From Legionellales bacterium (GTDB lineage: Bacteria; Pseudomonadota; Gammaproteobacteria; JAGOUN01), in contig JAIXPZ010000078.1 of the NCBI GenBank assembly GCA_027486005.1, positions 1,849 through 65,848 of the forward strand: DNA of 64,000 nt. The letters run 5' to 3'. The notes beneath the pieces were generated by a model, which saw nothing but the letters and a program-made list of their open reading frames with translations, was not told the origin of the DNA and did no database searches. Of the stretch, positions 32,200-40,775 are shown one piece after another. The position numbers were made by a program, and so were the translations under genes. The stretch's first letter is position 1. The number at the start of each line of letters is the position of its first letter.

Positions 32200-35100
32200 G
32201 GGCTTGTTTATAGGAGAGCAGCTGCTTACGGTATTGTTGCGCTGCCTGTTGAATAAAGTCATCGTTGGAAATGTTAGAATATTTATTTTCTGTGGTTTTA
32301 AAATCAATGATCCAGTGTTCACCATTTTCATCGATTAATACTCTATCAATAATTTTTTTGGCCCATTGTCCATAATCGTAATCTAAAAGCGTATATTCGC
32401 TACATGCCTTAGAGTGATTTTGAAGAATCCATTGTCCGCGATGATCACTAACCATATTGTTTATGGCAAGAAGTGCTTTTTCGGTACATATCCCGTAAAA
32501 CTCAGTTGAAAGATTAAGCTGTTGGCATAATGCTTGAATAATTTTTTGATGGATTGTCAAAGAAAGTGATTTCCACCAGCAAATCCCGTTCAGAGCTATT
32601 TTTTCAATTAAAAGATGAATAATTGAACCTAATCTAGCTTCGTTGCGATGCAAGGGTAAAACTAATTCAGGGGAATTTTTTTGCGTTGCTTCATACGCAT
32701 CATTTTTATGGGCTATCTGTAAAAAGTGCTGTATCGTAGATAAAGTGACCCGATGCAAGAGGGGGTGAAATTTTGTTTTTAACTCTGCTTCTTCAGTGAC
32801 AAGCTCGTTAATACTTTTTTGGAAAAGACCGGGATGCGCTTGCCATATTCTTCCTAATAAACTTCTGCTGCTAGGTGCAACAATGGAGTCGGCGTCATTT
32901 CGTTCAACGGTCGCAGTCAAAAATATACATTTTTTTGCACGTGTTGTAGCCACATAAAGAACCCGGTCCATTTCTAGCAGCAATTTTTGTTGTTGTTGCT
33001 GTTGAATATAATCATAAGTTTTATCAGTAGTATTAACTTCACTGATTGGGGCCATCAATAAATGATGAATGTTATCCGCATCAGGGTATTCTAACCAGGC
33101 GATGAGGGGTCTATCGAGAGGCGCTGTTTTTTTATGAAGTTTAGGCAAAAAAACATGATCAAACTCTAATCCTTTGGCCTTGTGTATTGTCATAATCTGT
33201 ACGGCATTTGTTTGAGGTTGTGGTGCCGCTGCAAATAACGTATTTATTTTTCGCTCTAGAATTTCAAGATTTACAACACCAAAACTGTCTGTTATTTTTT
33301 TTAGCACTTCGAAAAATCGTTCAATATCTCTGCGTTGACTTTTATGGGATAAAATATTTTCTCCACCTAATAGTGTCCAAGTTTTTTCGACAATGTCACG
33401 TAATGAATATCGTTGTCGTTGTTGTATGGCAAACGTCATGGCTTGGCGAAAATGTACCAATCTTTGTTTGGCATCATCGCAAAGCAAAGAGCATACAGCT
33501 TCGTCCAATATCAGTTCCCACAGAGTTTTTTCTTCAGAGGCATGCATAATGGTCCAAAGATCTTCAAGTGTTAAGCCGCACCAGGGGGCTCGCAAACAAG
33601 AAATCCAGGAAAGACGGTCTGCCAAATGCATACAAGCACGTGTTAGGCTTAATAAATCATAGATAATGGGCAGGTGTGATAATGATTCAATATCTACCGC
33701 TTGATAAGCAATGGATGATGCAAGTAATAATGGAGTGATACTTTTTAAGTGATCACGTGAGCGAATTAAAATAGCAATAGTTTCTTCAGGGAAATTTCGT
33801 TGAATTTCTTTTATTTTATTCACGATATAACTTTCTTCTGAAAGTGGATTTTCTTTTAAAAAGTAAACGCATTCTGCTTTGCTACTATCTTTTTCTTTGT
33901 GAATAGGATGTGCTTGACTATAAGGTATGGCGCCTAAGCGAATAAGTTCATTTTTAGGAAAAACAGACTGAAAAATAGCATTGGTCCAATGAACTAGTTG
34001 AGATGTTGATCTAAAATTGCTAGTTAATGAGACAAAGTTTAGCATTACATGGCCTATGCCATAATGTTTTGCATGCAAAAAAAGGCCAACTTCAGCTTGT
34101 CTAAATCGATAAATCGATTGCATTGGATCGCCTACTAAGAATAACGTTCTACCATCCTTATATGTCCAGCCAGAGGTTAATTTCTCTAATAATTGAAATT
34201 GATTGCTAGAAGTATCTTGAAATTCATCGACTAAAATATGTTGGATTGTATAATCCAACTGTAAAGAAACCTCAGTTGGTTGGTCAGAGTTTCCCAAAGC
34301 GTGTAAAGCACTTTGCGCATTTTCAATGTAATCTACTTGGCTGTGCTCTGAGAAGGCTAAGCGTAGCTGCGCTGCAGTTAATGGCAGTAAAGTCAATAAT
34401 GCAGAGAGCACGTTCCATTGAGAGTCAGTGTAATGGGTGTTAGGAAGTTTCCTCGTTTCAGTTAGCCAGTGAATAAAATCAGCATGATATTCTAGCGTAT
34501 TGACAAGTGTTTGATAGCGTTGCTTGTATTCATCAAATATTTTTTTTTCTGATGGAGATTTTGAAGAAGAAGCTGGAGGAAAGCCAATGTTTTTATCAGA
34601 TTTTTTTCTTAATTGATCACTTTGAGTGAGAAGCATGTTGGCGATGAATAGCCAATGGTCTTTTTTTAAGGGCGACCAATCGTTAGGCTTTACATTGGGC
34701 CACGGTATTGTTGCAGATGCGTAAATAGCTAGCGCTACTACTTCTTTTTCTAATACAGCAGGCAACAACCCTATGCCATCTTGTAAAACAAACTCATTAA
34801 CATGTGCGAGTTCTTTTTCAAGAAAAATTCTTTTTTCATTGGCATCATTACCCAGCATCATTAAGGGTAACCATTGATCACGTTTTGAAAGCAAAGTAAT
34901 CAGTAATAACTCTAATCGATAATAGTCATTATCTAAGTAAAGCAATAATATTTTAATATCTTCAAGCCAAGGCGCATCTTTTGGCGGCGAGAGTAAAATT
35001 GTTTTAGCGGCTTGTTGGTATAAAGAATGTGGATCTTCTGCAATTGCAAGTTGAGCGCCCAGTTTTGAGCTTATCGGTAATTTTTGAGCGATTTGTAAAG

Positions 35101-35491
35101 AGAGGGCATCCATCGTGAGTATTTTTAGCCGATTGGGATGCTGTTGTAGATTCCAGTTTTTTTCCGCGGATCGTTTTGAAATAGCTTGTGCGAGTTCCCA
35201 GGTTGTTTTTTCATGTTCACTTTGAGGCGTTAAAGTGGCATCTGCTTTTTCAAGCGCACTAATAATTCTTGAGCGCATTTCAGCGGCGGCTTTGTTGGTA
35301 AAAGTAATCGCAATAACTTCTTCAGGAGTTTCTACGTAAGCTAAGAGTTTTAGAAATCGTTGTGTCAATAATTCAGTTTTTCCTGATCCTGCGGGAGCTT
35401 GCACTAGAAATGAATTTGTAACATCAAGCGCCAGTGCTCTAGCTTGAAAATCAGGAATATTAGTCATTTTCGAATATCCTACAAAGTCCAT
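32117..35491 (-). CDS. addA: AddA/RexA-type helicase-nuclease (UvrD-family helicase plus C-terminal PD-(D/E)xK nuclease)
   Basis: Walker A APAGSGKTE near the N-terminus, UvrD helicase motifs (TFTNKAAAEM..., VDEFQDTS), and a C-terminal nuclease IIDFKT. An alternative start at 35467 abuts the addB stop. The 3' end overlaps the convergent mpl by ~83 nt. Confidence 0.8.
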   Translation of the reverse strand: MDFVGYSKMTNIPDFQARALALDVTNSFLVQAPAGSGKTELLTQRFLKLLAYVETPEEVIAITFTNKAAAEMRSRIISALEKADATLTPQSEHEKTTWELAQAISKRSAEKNWNLQQHPNRLKILTMDALSLQIAQKLPISSKLGAQLAIAEDPHSLYQQAAKTILLSPPKDAPWLEDIKILLLYLDNDYYRLELLLITLLSKRDQWLPLMMLGNDANEKRIFLEKELAHVNEFVLQDGIGLLPAVLEKEVVALAIYASATIPWPNVKPNDWSPLKKDHWLFIANMLLTQSDQLRKKSDKNIGFPPASSSKSPSEKKIFDEYKQRYQTLVNTLEYHADFIHWLTETRKLPNTHYTDSQWNVLSALLTLLPLTAAQLRLAFSEHSQVDYIENAQSALHALGNSDQPTEVSLQLDYTIQHILVDEFQDTSSNQFQLLEKLTSGWTYKDGRTLFLVGDPMQSIYRFRQAEVGLFLHAKHYGIGHVMLNFVSLTSNFRSTSQLVHWTNAIFQSVFPKNELIRLGAIPYSQAHPIHKEKDSSKAECVYFLKENPLSEESYIVNKIKEIQRNFPEETIAILIRSRDHLKSITPLLLASSIAYQAVDIESLSHLPIIYDLLSLTRACMHLADRLSWISCLRAPWCGLTLEDLWTIMHASEEKTLWELILDEAVCSLLCDDAKQRLVHFRQAMTFAIQQRQRYSLRDIVEKTWTLLGGENILSHKSQRRDIERFFEVLKKITDSFGVVNLEILERKINTLFAAAPQPQTNAVQIMTIHKAKGLEFDHVFLPKLHKKTAPLDRPLIAWLEYPDADNIHHLLMAPISEVNTTDKTYDYIQQQQQQKLLLEMDRVLYVATTRAKKCIFLTATVERNDADSIVAPSSRSLLGRIWQAHPGLFQKSINELVTEEAELKTKFHPLLHRVTLSTIQHFLQIAHKNDAYEATQKNSPELVLPLHRNEARLGSIIHLLIEKIALNGICWWKSLSLTIHQKIIQALCQQLNLSTEFYGICTEKALLAINNMVSDHRGQWILQNHSKACSEYTLLDYDYGQWAKKIIDRVLIDENGEHWIIDFKTTENKYSNISNDDFIQQAAQQYRKQLLSYKQALSRVVGHQNIHLAVYFPLLPAWYVYSS

Positions 35492-38078
35492 GAAGGTGGC
35501 AATGAGTGCATGTGGTTACTTCAAGTGGGTCAACATCAGCTTTACCGTTAATAAAGTCATCCAATAAATAATTAATATTATTTTTCCATTGAATTTTTTG
35601 TTCACTCCACGTAGGGGCGCGCATTTCTTTTGATAACTTCTCAAAGGCAATGACAGAGCTTATCTCGCTTTCGCCGTCAATAATGCCTTTAATGCAAAGA
35701 TCATTCCAGCGGAGTTGAGCAAAAAATACAGCTGCGACGGTAGCAGAATGAGTGATGCAGTAAATGGGCAGTTGTGGTTCTTTTAGCCGATTTCCAAGCC
35801 AATGTTGAATATTGGGTGAGCCAGTTTTGTAATCAATAATGATATGAGAGCCATCTTCTAGTTGGTCAATCCTATCTACACGCATGCGAATGGTAATGTT
35901 TTTATAGCGATATTCTTTTTTTTGTTCAACTGCTATTACTGTAAATCCTGGGCGTTTTTTTTCAATAGCAAGCCATGCATGCATCAGTTTTGTTAAGCGT
36001 ATTTTTTCCAGTGAGATAAAAAAAGAATTTTTTTCTTCATGATGGGTATTTTTTTCATAGGTAAGTGTAATCGCTTGTTTAATGCTTTCATCTAAGGCGT
36101 TTTCGGTTAATTTTAAAAGATTTGCAGAAGTTTTTGTTTTTTCCCAAAATAATTCTAGTGCTTGATGAATTTTATTGCCTCGAACAAGGGCGTCAGGTGC
36201 ATCAATCGGAAGAGGAATGTGATGAGACTTTAGTCGAATAGTGGCAAATGCTCTAAAGGGGCATAAAGCTTGGAGTTGAACAATGCTCGTTCCGCCGGTG
36301 ATCAATTCGCTTTCTGATACTACCGGGGCAATATTGTCAGCAAGGTGTTCTAAGTTAGAAAAAACTTCTTGTGACCGTTCAAAAAGGGCAGGTACAAGAC
36401 CTGCCCCTACGTTTTTCTGAATATTCGTAATCAATGGACTGGGATTTAGTTTTCGATCTGCATCGTACTTGGGGCTGCTAAAGATGACTGATCCGCTGCT
36501 ATTAATCAGTTTTTCTTGTAAATTTAGGCAAAACAGATATTCTCTTTCCGCGCTTGCATGCGGCATGCCATATTTTTTTTGCAATTCATATGAGAGAAAT
36601 GGATTGGGTGACGGTGAGCTTGGCCAGGTTTTATCATCTAGACCTATTACCCATAAATAATCAAAAGTCATGCCCGAGGCTTCTAGTAGTCCTAATATTT
36701 GAATAGAAGTTTTATCTGTTTCTGGTTGAAAAATTGTTTGTTGGCACTTTGTTTTGAGTAATAACGAAAACTCATGCCATGACCAGTGAGTTTGAAGCGT
36801 GCAAAAATCTTCAATTTCTTGCATCAGGATAATAAAACGCTGAGTGACTTGATGTTCCGTGCTGTTAAGGTTTCTTTGTCCCGGCCAGCCAAGTTCAGTT
36901 AATAACGTTAACCATTGTTGACACCAGGCTTGTATAGGTTGTGGTTTACCAGCAGCGATTTTAGATTGCTCTAACAATGTGTTAATTTGGCTGTAAATTT
37001 TTAAGGGCGAGCCGCTTTTTGCTTCTGCATTCGTAGTTATTGCAGCAATAATTTTCTTTAACGAGGTCGTTTTTGAAGACTTGTTTCTGAGTTCAAGATC
37101 AAGCCGCGACCTAGAAAAAATTTCTTCTTCGCTTCCTCCAAAATGCGCTGACCGTAAAAAACAACTAAGTTTTTCGTAGTCAAACGTAGGCGACAGCAAT
37201 TCCATACATAAGAGCATGTGCTGAATTAAAGTATATTCTGAGAGCAAATACCCTGCTGAAATATCAACAGGAGGAGTTTTTGTGTTAAATACTAACTGAA
37301 AGTTTCTGATCACTTCATCTCGACGCTGATGTAAAGTCGGGATGACGCAACCAATGATAGCATTTTTGTCTTGAGCGTGTTTTTCTTTCGCCCAGGTTGC
37401 CATGGAGAGTATTTCTTCTTCAGGCGTTTCTAATTCAAGTCGAAATAGTTCGCGGTTAATGGAGGATGGCTCAATAATAGTTACCAATTTATTTTGTTGC
37501 TCAAGAGAGGCAATAAAATGTTTCTGTAATGGGGTCATTTCAATGAAATGATAAAAATATATATTTTTATAAGGGAGTGTTTTGATAAAAGAAGAATTGT
37601 TGGCATAAGCCTCTAATGCAGTTGACTCATCAATTAGATCACGTTGAGAGCATAGTTCGGTGAAGTGATTCGCCCATGTAGTAAAAAAATATAAATTTTC
37701 ATTATCCAATGTTTGTTGAGAAAGATAATTGACGCTAATTCTCCATTGAGCTAAATGATGCCAAGCTGCTTGTATTAAATGTGATGCCTGACGCGTGTTA
37801 AGTAACGCGGTAGCAATTTCTGATTGATTGATAATTTTCTGCCATAGCCATTTCTCTTCATCGTTGGACAAAAGTTTTTTGGGGGAAATAAAAATATAAG
37901 AATGCCATAACGTTCGAATAAATTGTGAGAAGCTGAGAAGGGTAGGGGGAACATAGGCTAAATGACCTGCAGAAAAGTGATAATTTTCTATTTCTTTTTG
38001 TAGCGTATTAGCTAAACGTTGATTCGGTGTTAGTATTATGTCGTTAGGACCGAGTTCTGCAAATTTTTTCTTATCCAT
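35460..38078 (-). CDS. addB: AddB/RexB-type subunit (degenerate helicase-like N-terminus plus PD-(D/E)xK nuclease with a C-terminal Cys cluster)
   Basis: Nuclease motif IIDYKTG and a C-terminal CTHCHLHGLC, an Fe-S-like cluster as in AddB. It lies immediately upstream of addA on the same strand. Confidence 0.75.
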   Translation of the reverse strand: MDKKKFAELGPNDIILTPNQRLANTLQKEIENYHFSAGHLAYVPPTLLSFSQFIRTLWHSYIFISPKKLLSNDEEKWLWQKIINQSEIATALLNTRQASHLIQAAWHHLAQWRISVNYLSQQTLDNENLYFFTTWANHFTELCSQRDLIDESTALEAYANNSSFIKTLPYKNIYFYHFIEMTPLQKHFIASLEQQNKLVTIIEPSSINRELFRLELETPEEEILSMATWAKEKHAQDKNAIIGCVIPTLHQRRDEVIRNFQLVFNTKTPPVDISAGYLLSEYTLIQHMLLCMELLSPTFDYEKLSCFLRSAHFGGSEEEIFSRSRLDLELRNKSSKTTSLKKIIAAITTNAEAKSGSPLKIYSQINTLLEQSKIAAGKPQPIQAWCQQWLTLLTELGWPGQRNLNSTEHQVTQRFIILMQEIEDFCTLQTHWSWHEFSLLLKTKCQQTIFQPETDKTSIQILGLLEASGMTFDYLWVIGLDDKTWPSSPSPNPFLSYELQKKYGMPHASAEREYLFCLNLQEKLINSSGSVIFSSPKYDADRKLNPSPLITNIQKNVGAGLVPALFERSQEVFSNLEHLADNIAPVVSESELITGGTSIVQLQALCPFRAFATIRLKSHHIPLPIDAPDALVRGNKIHQALELFWEKTKTSANLLKLTENALDESIKQAITLTYEKNTHHEEKNSFFISLEKIRLTKLMHAWLAIEKKRPGFTVIAVEQKKEYRYKNITIRMRVDRIDQLEDGSHIIIDYKTGSPNIQHWLGNRLKEPQLPIYCITHSATVAAVFFAQLRWNDLCIKGIIDGESEISSVIAFEKLSKEMRAPTWSEQKIQWKNNINYLLDDFINGKADVDPLEVTTCTHCHLHGLCRIFEND

Positions 38079-38084
38079 GAGTAA

Positions 38085-39086
38085 TTATTTGGGTCGTCGA
38101 AAAAATAATGTTACGGTAAGTCCATGCCCAGTTTCCGATGTTTGCAAGTAGATTTTTGCTTTATGCAAATCGGTAATTTGTTTGACAATCGCAAGGCCTA
38201 GCCCGCTGCCAGTTTGCTTTGTTCCTAGTACTCTAAAAAAGCGATCAAATACTTTGTCACGGTACTCTTCTGGAATGCCGGGGCCGTTGTCGATAACTTG
38301 TAAAAGAAGATATTGATTGTGCGATTTTATTTTGACATCAATGCGAGAGTCATTCGGTGTATAACGAATTGCATTGTCGAGGAGGTTGCGAAGCAAAATG
38401 CCAAGTGCTGCTTCATTACCATTAATAATTGGATTCTCGCATTCGTTACAGAGTTCTATTTCGATATTTTTTTCTAAAGCCTGCGGATATATAAACGCAA
38501 TGAGCTCAGCACAAACGCTTTCTAAGTCTACATGTGAAACATCGTTCAGCTTTTCTTCGTGATCAAGGCGGCTTAAAGTAAGCAGCTGTTGAATAACGTG
38601 TATGCTTCTATTGATGCTGATAATGACATTTTGTATCGCTTTTTGTTGTTCTTGAGGTTCTGTCATTTGCAAAGCCAGTTGTGCTTGTGTTTTTAATGCT
38701 GTCATCGGAGTTCGTAGCTCGTGTGCAGCATCCGCTGAGAAACGTTTATTGCGGTCATAGTCGGCATGAACTCTATTGAACAAAAGATTAAGTTCGGCAA
38801 GCATGGGTTGTAGCTCAACAGGGTATTGTTGAGATTCAATCAGCCGCAGTTCTGTTGAAGTTTTGTTGGCAAGTTCATTGGATAGCTTTACCAGTGGCCT
38901 CAATACAGATTGCTCTGCATAGTCGTAAAGAAAAATTGCTGCGGCAAAATCAAGCACGAGCAGAGAAGCTATTACCATTGTATGATTAAATAACTGAACT
39001 CCCCATTGAAAGGCGAATACGTTGAAAAGTGCAATAACAACAAAGCCAATAAAACAGAAACGTAGTCTGTTGCGAATAGGCTTCAT
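38085..39086 (-). CDS. Sensor histidine kinase (QseC/PmrB-like, two TM helices, small periplasmic loop)
   Basis: HisKA H-box (AHELRTPMTAL) and HATPase_c motifs (N: LLDNAIRYT; G1: DNGPGI; G2: GSGLGLAIV). Its start overlaps the response-regulator stop (ATGA). Confidence 0.8.
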   Translation of the reverse strand: MKPIRNRLRFCFIGFVVIALFNVFAFQWGVQLFNHTMVIASLLVLDFAAAIFLYDYAEQSVLRPLVKLSNELANKTSTELRLIESQQYPVELQPMLAELNLLFNRVHADYDRNKRFSADAAHELRTPMTALKTQAQLALQMTEPQEQQKAIQNVIISINRSIHVIQQLLTLSRLDHEEKLNDVSHVDLESVCAELIAFIYPQALEKNIEIELCNECENPIINGNEAALGILLRNLLDNAIRYTPNDSRIDVKIKSHNQYLLLQVIDNGPGIPEEYRDKVFDRFFRVLGTKQTGSGLGLAIVKQITDLHKAKIYLQTSETGHGLTVTLFFRRPK

Positions 39087-39778
39087 GATGCAGGTTTCTC
39101 TATTTTTACCATTTCTATCGCATCGCGTTCTACCATATACCCTACTCCACGAATAGTCCGTATAAAGGTTTGTCCGAATTTTTTCCGTAAATTATGTACA
39201 TGAACTTCAAGAGCGTTGCTGTCAACGTCATCTCCCCAGCCATAAAGAGATTGGGTTAAATGTTCTCTCGATAACACGCGTCCAATATTGGCTAATAATG
39301 TGTGTAGTAAAGCAAATTCTCGGCGAGATAAGCTCATTTCATCATTTTGATAAGTGACAGTATGGGACGCAGGGTCTAATGATAATCCTCGATGTTTGAT
39401 GATAGGCTCTGCCCGCTGAGAAAATCGGCGATATAAAGCGCGTAAACGAGCAGAAAGCTCCTCAAGTTCGTAAGGTTTTGTCAGGTAGTCATCCGCGCCG
39501 CTGTCTAATCCTTTGACGCGATCATCAATCGTATCATTTGCAGTGAGTAATAAGACGGGTACAGTCATGCCTCTAGATCGCAAATGACTGAGCAAATCTA
39601 AGCCATTTATTTTGGGCAATCCAATATCCAAAACAATCATGTCAAAAATTTCAGTCTGCAAAGCTTGTTTGGCTGAAAGCCCATCTTGCAGCCAATCTAC
39701 TGTATAACCTTCTTTTGTTAACCATTTGCAGATTCCACTGCCGACCATTTCATCATCTTCAATTACTAGGATTCGCAT
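39083..39778 (-). CDS. OmpR-family response regulator (QseB/PmrA/BasR-like)
   Basis: REC domain (MRILVIEDDE...MIVLDIGLP) and a winged-helix output domain (VHVHNLRKKFG...IRGVGY). Confidence 0.85.
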   Translation of the reverse strand: MRILVIEDDEMVGSGICKWLTKEGYTVDWLQDGLSAKQALQTEIFDMIVLDIGLPKINGLDLLSHLRSRGMTVPVLLLTANDTIDDRVKGLDSGADDYLTKPYELEELSARLRALYRRFSQRAEPIIKHRGLSLDPASHTVTYQNDEMSLSRREFALLHTLLANIGRVLSREHLTQSLYGWGDDVDSNALEVHVHNLRKKFGQTFIRTIRGVGYMVERDAIEMVKIEKPAS

Positions 39779-40533
39779 ATCGTCGTTGCTCCTTTGCTCA
39801 GTAGTTGGAAAGGTTTGAACAACTTTATAACATCTTGGTTAGAAATGAAAGATAGATTATAAGGATGTTCAGAGATGATTTTAGGAAACGCTTTGGTATT
39901 AATGTTGTCGGCAGCATTTTTGGCGATGTTTCCAAAAAGAACAAGCGTTGGTCGCGGGCGATTTTGGCAAAGCACTGGAAAAAGGGTTTTTAAAAACGGC
40001 AACCATTGTTGTGACGAAAGCGAAACGCTAGTATTGCCTAGAGTTAGTGAGGCATTCAATAAGAGAAAGCCGTGGTCAAGTAACTTTTGAAAGAGCTCTT
40101 GATTGGTTTGAATCATATTGCTTTTGTCGAGTCTTACGATCGCTTCCTGTTGTGTGTTTTCAGCACTAAGATCGCCGGAAGCAACCAGCAGCATTTTGAT
40201 AAAGTTTCTGAGCGAGGTTGCACGGTTGACTTCTTTAGAAAGGCCTTTAGATGTCCAAAGATCTGTCACGGCTTGATCCCAGAAAGCGTAGCCATTAGCA
40301 GATTGAGCGCGTGGATAAGGAGATTCTCCGATTAAAATGTATTTTACAGAGTTTTTGGGGAAGCTAAAGGCATTAAAAATCTTGCTAATTCCGGGTAACC
40401 AGCGGGGCGTATCCAAGAGTGATTGTAAATAATTAGCATCCATAGCCTGTAATGCACGCGTAAGTAATGGCTCCCAGGTCGGATGATAGCGCGTTTGGCT
40501 CATAAATGTTGAGATAAGATTGGTTTTGTCCAT
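39766..40533 (-). CDS. Uracil-DNA-glycosylase-superfamily-like protein of a divergent family
   Basis: Motif A-like GESPYPRAQSANGYAFW (compare GQDPYH...A.GL.FS of UDG) and motif B-like EHPYNLSF (compare HPSPLS). The stop overlaps the response-regulator start by 13 nt. Confidence 0.5.
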   Translation of the reverse strand: MDKTNLISTFMSQTRYHPTWEPLLTRALQAMDANYLQSLLDTPRWLPGISKIFNAFSFPKNSVKYILIGESPYPRAQSANGYAFWDQAVTDLWTSKGLSKEVNRATSLRNFIKMLLVASGDLSAENTQQEAIVRLDKSNMIQTNQELFQKLLDHGFLLLNASLTLGNTSVSLSSQQWLPFLKTLFPVLCQNRPRPTLVLFGNIAKNAADNINTKAFPKIISEHPYNLSFISNQDVIKLFKPFQLLSKGATTICES

Positions 40534-40601
40534 GGTGGAAGTGCTCTTAATGCGATTATAATACCGCTTATCATAAAGCAGAGACGCGGGATATCAAAGA
40601 G

Positions 40602-40775
40602 ATGTTAAGAAATACTGGTTTAGATATATTAGTGTGCCCTTTATGTAAGGGTAAATTGGTGTATGAAATGGATAAACAAGAGTTGATTTGTCGACTCGAC
40701 AAGCTCGCTTACCCAATCATTCAGGACATCCCTATGATGCTGGTTGAAAGTGCGCGGAAACTTGAAGAACACTGA
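40602..40775 (+). CDS. Trm112/YcaR-like (UPF0434) small zinc-ribbon protein, 57 aa
   Basis: Translation [57 protein letters not shown], with the CPLC...C spacing typical of Trm112/YcaR. Its TGA overlaps the uvrC ATG (TGATG). It is absent from the six-frame track because it is under 60 aa. Confidence 0.7.
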   Translation: MLRNTGLDILVCPLCKGKLVYEMDKQELICRLDKLAYPIIQDIPMMLVESARKLEEH

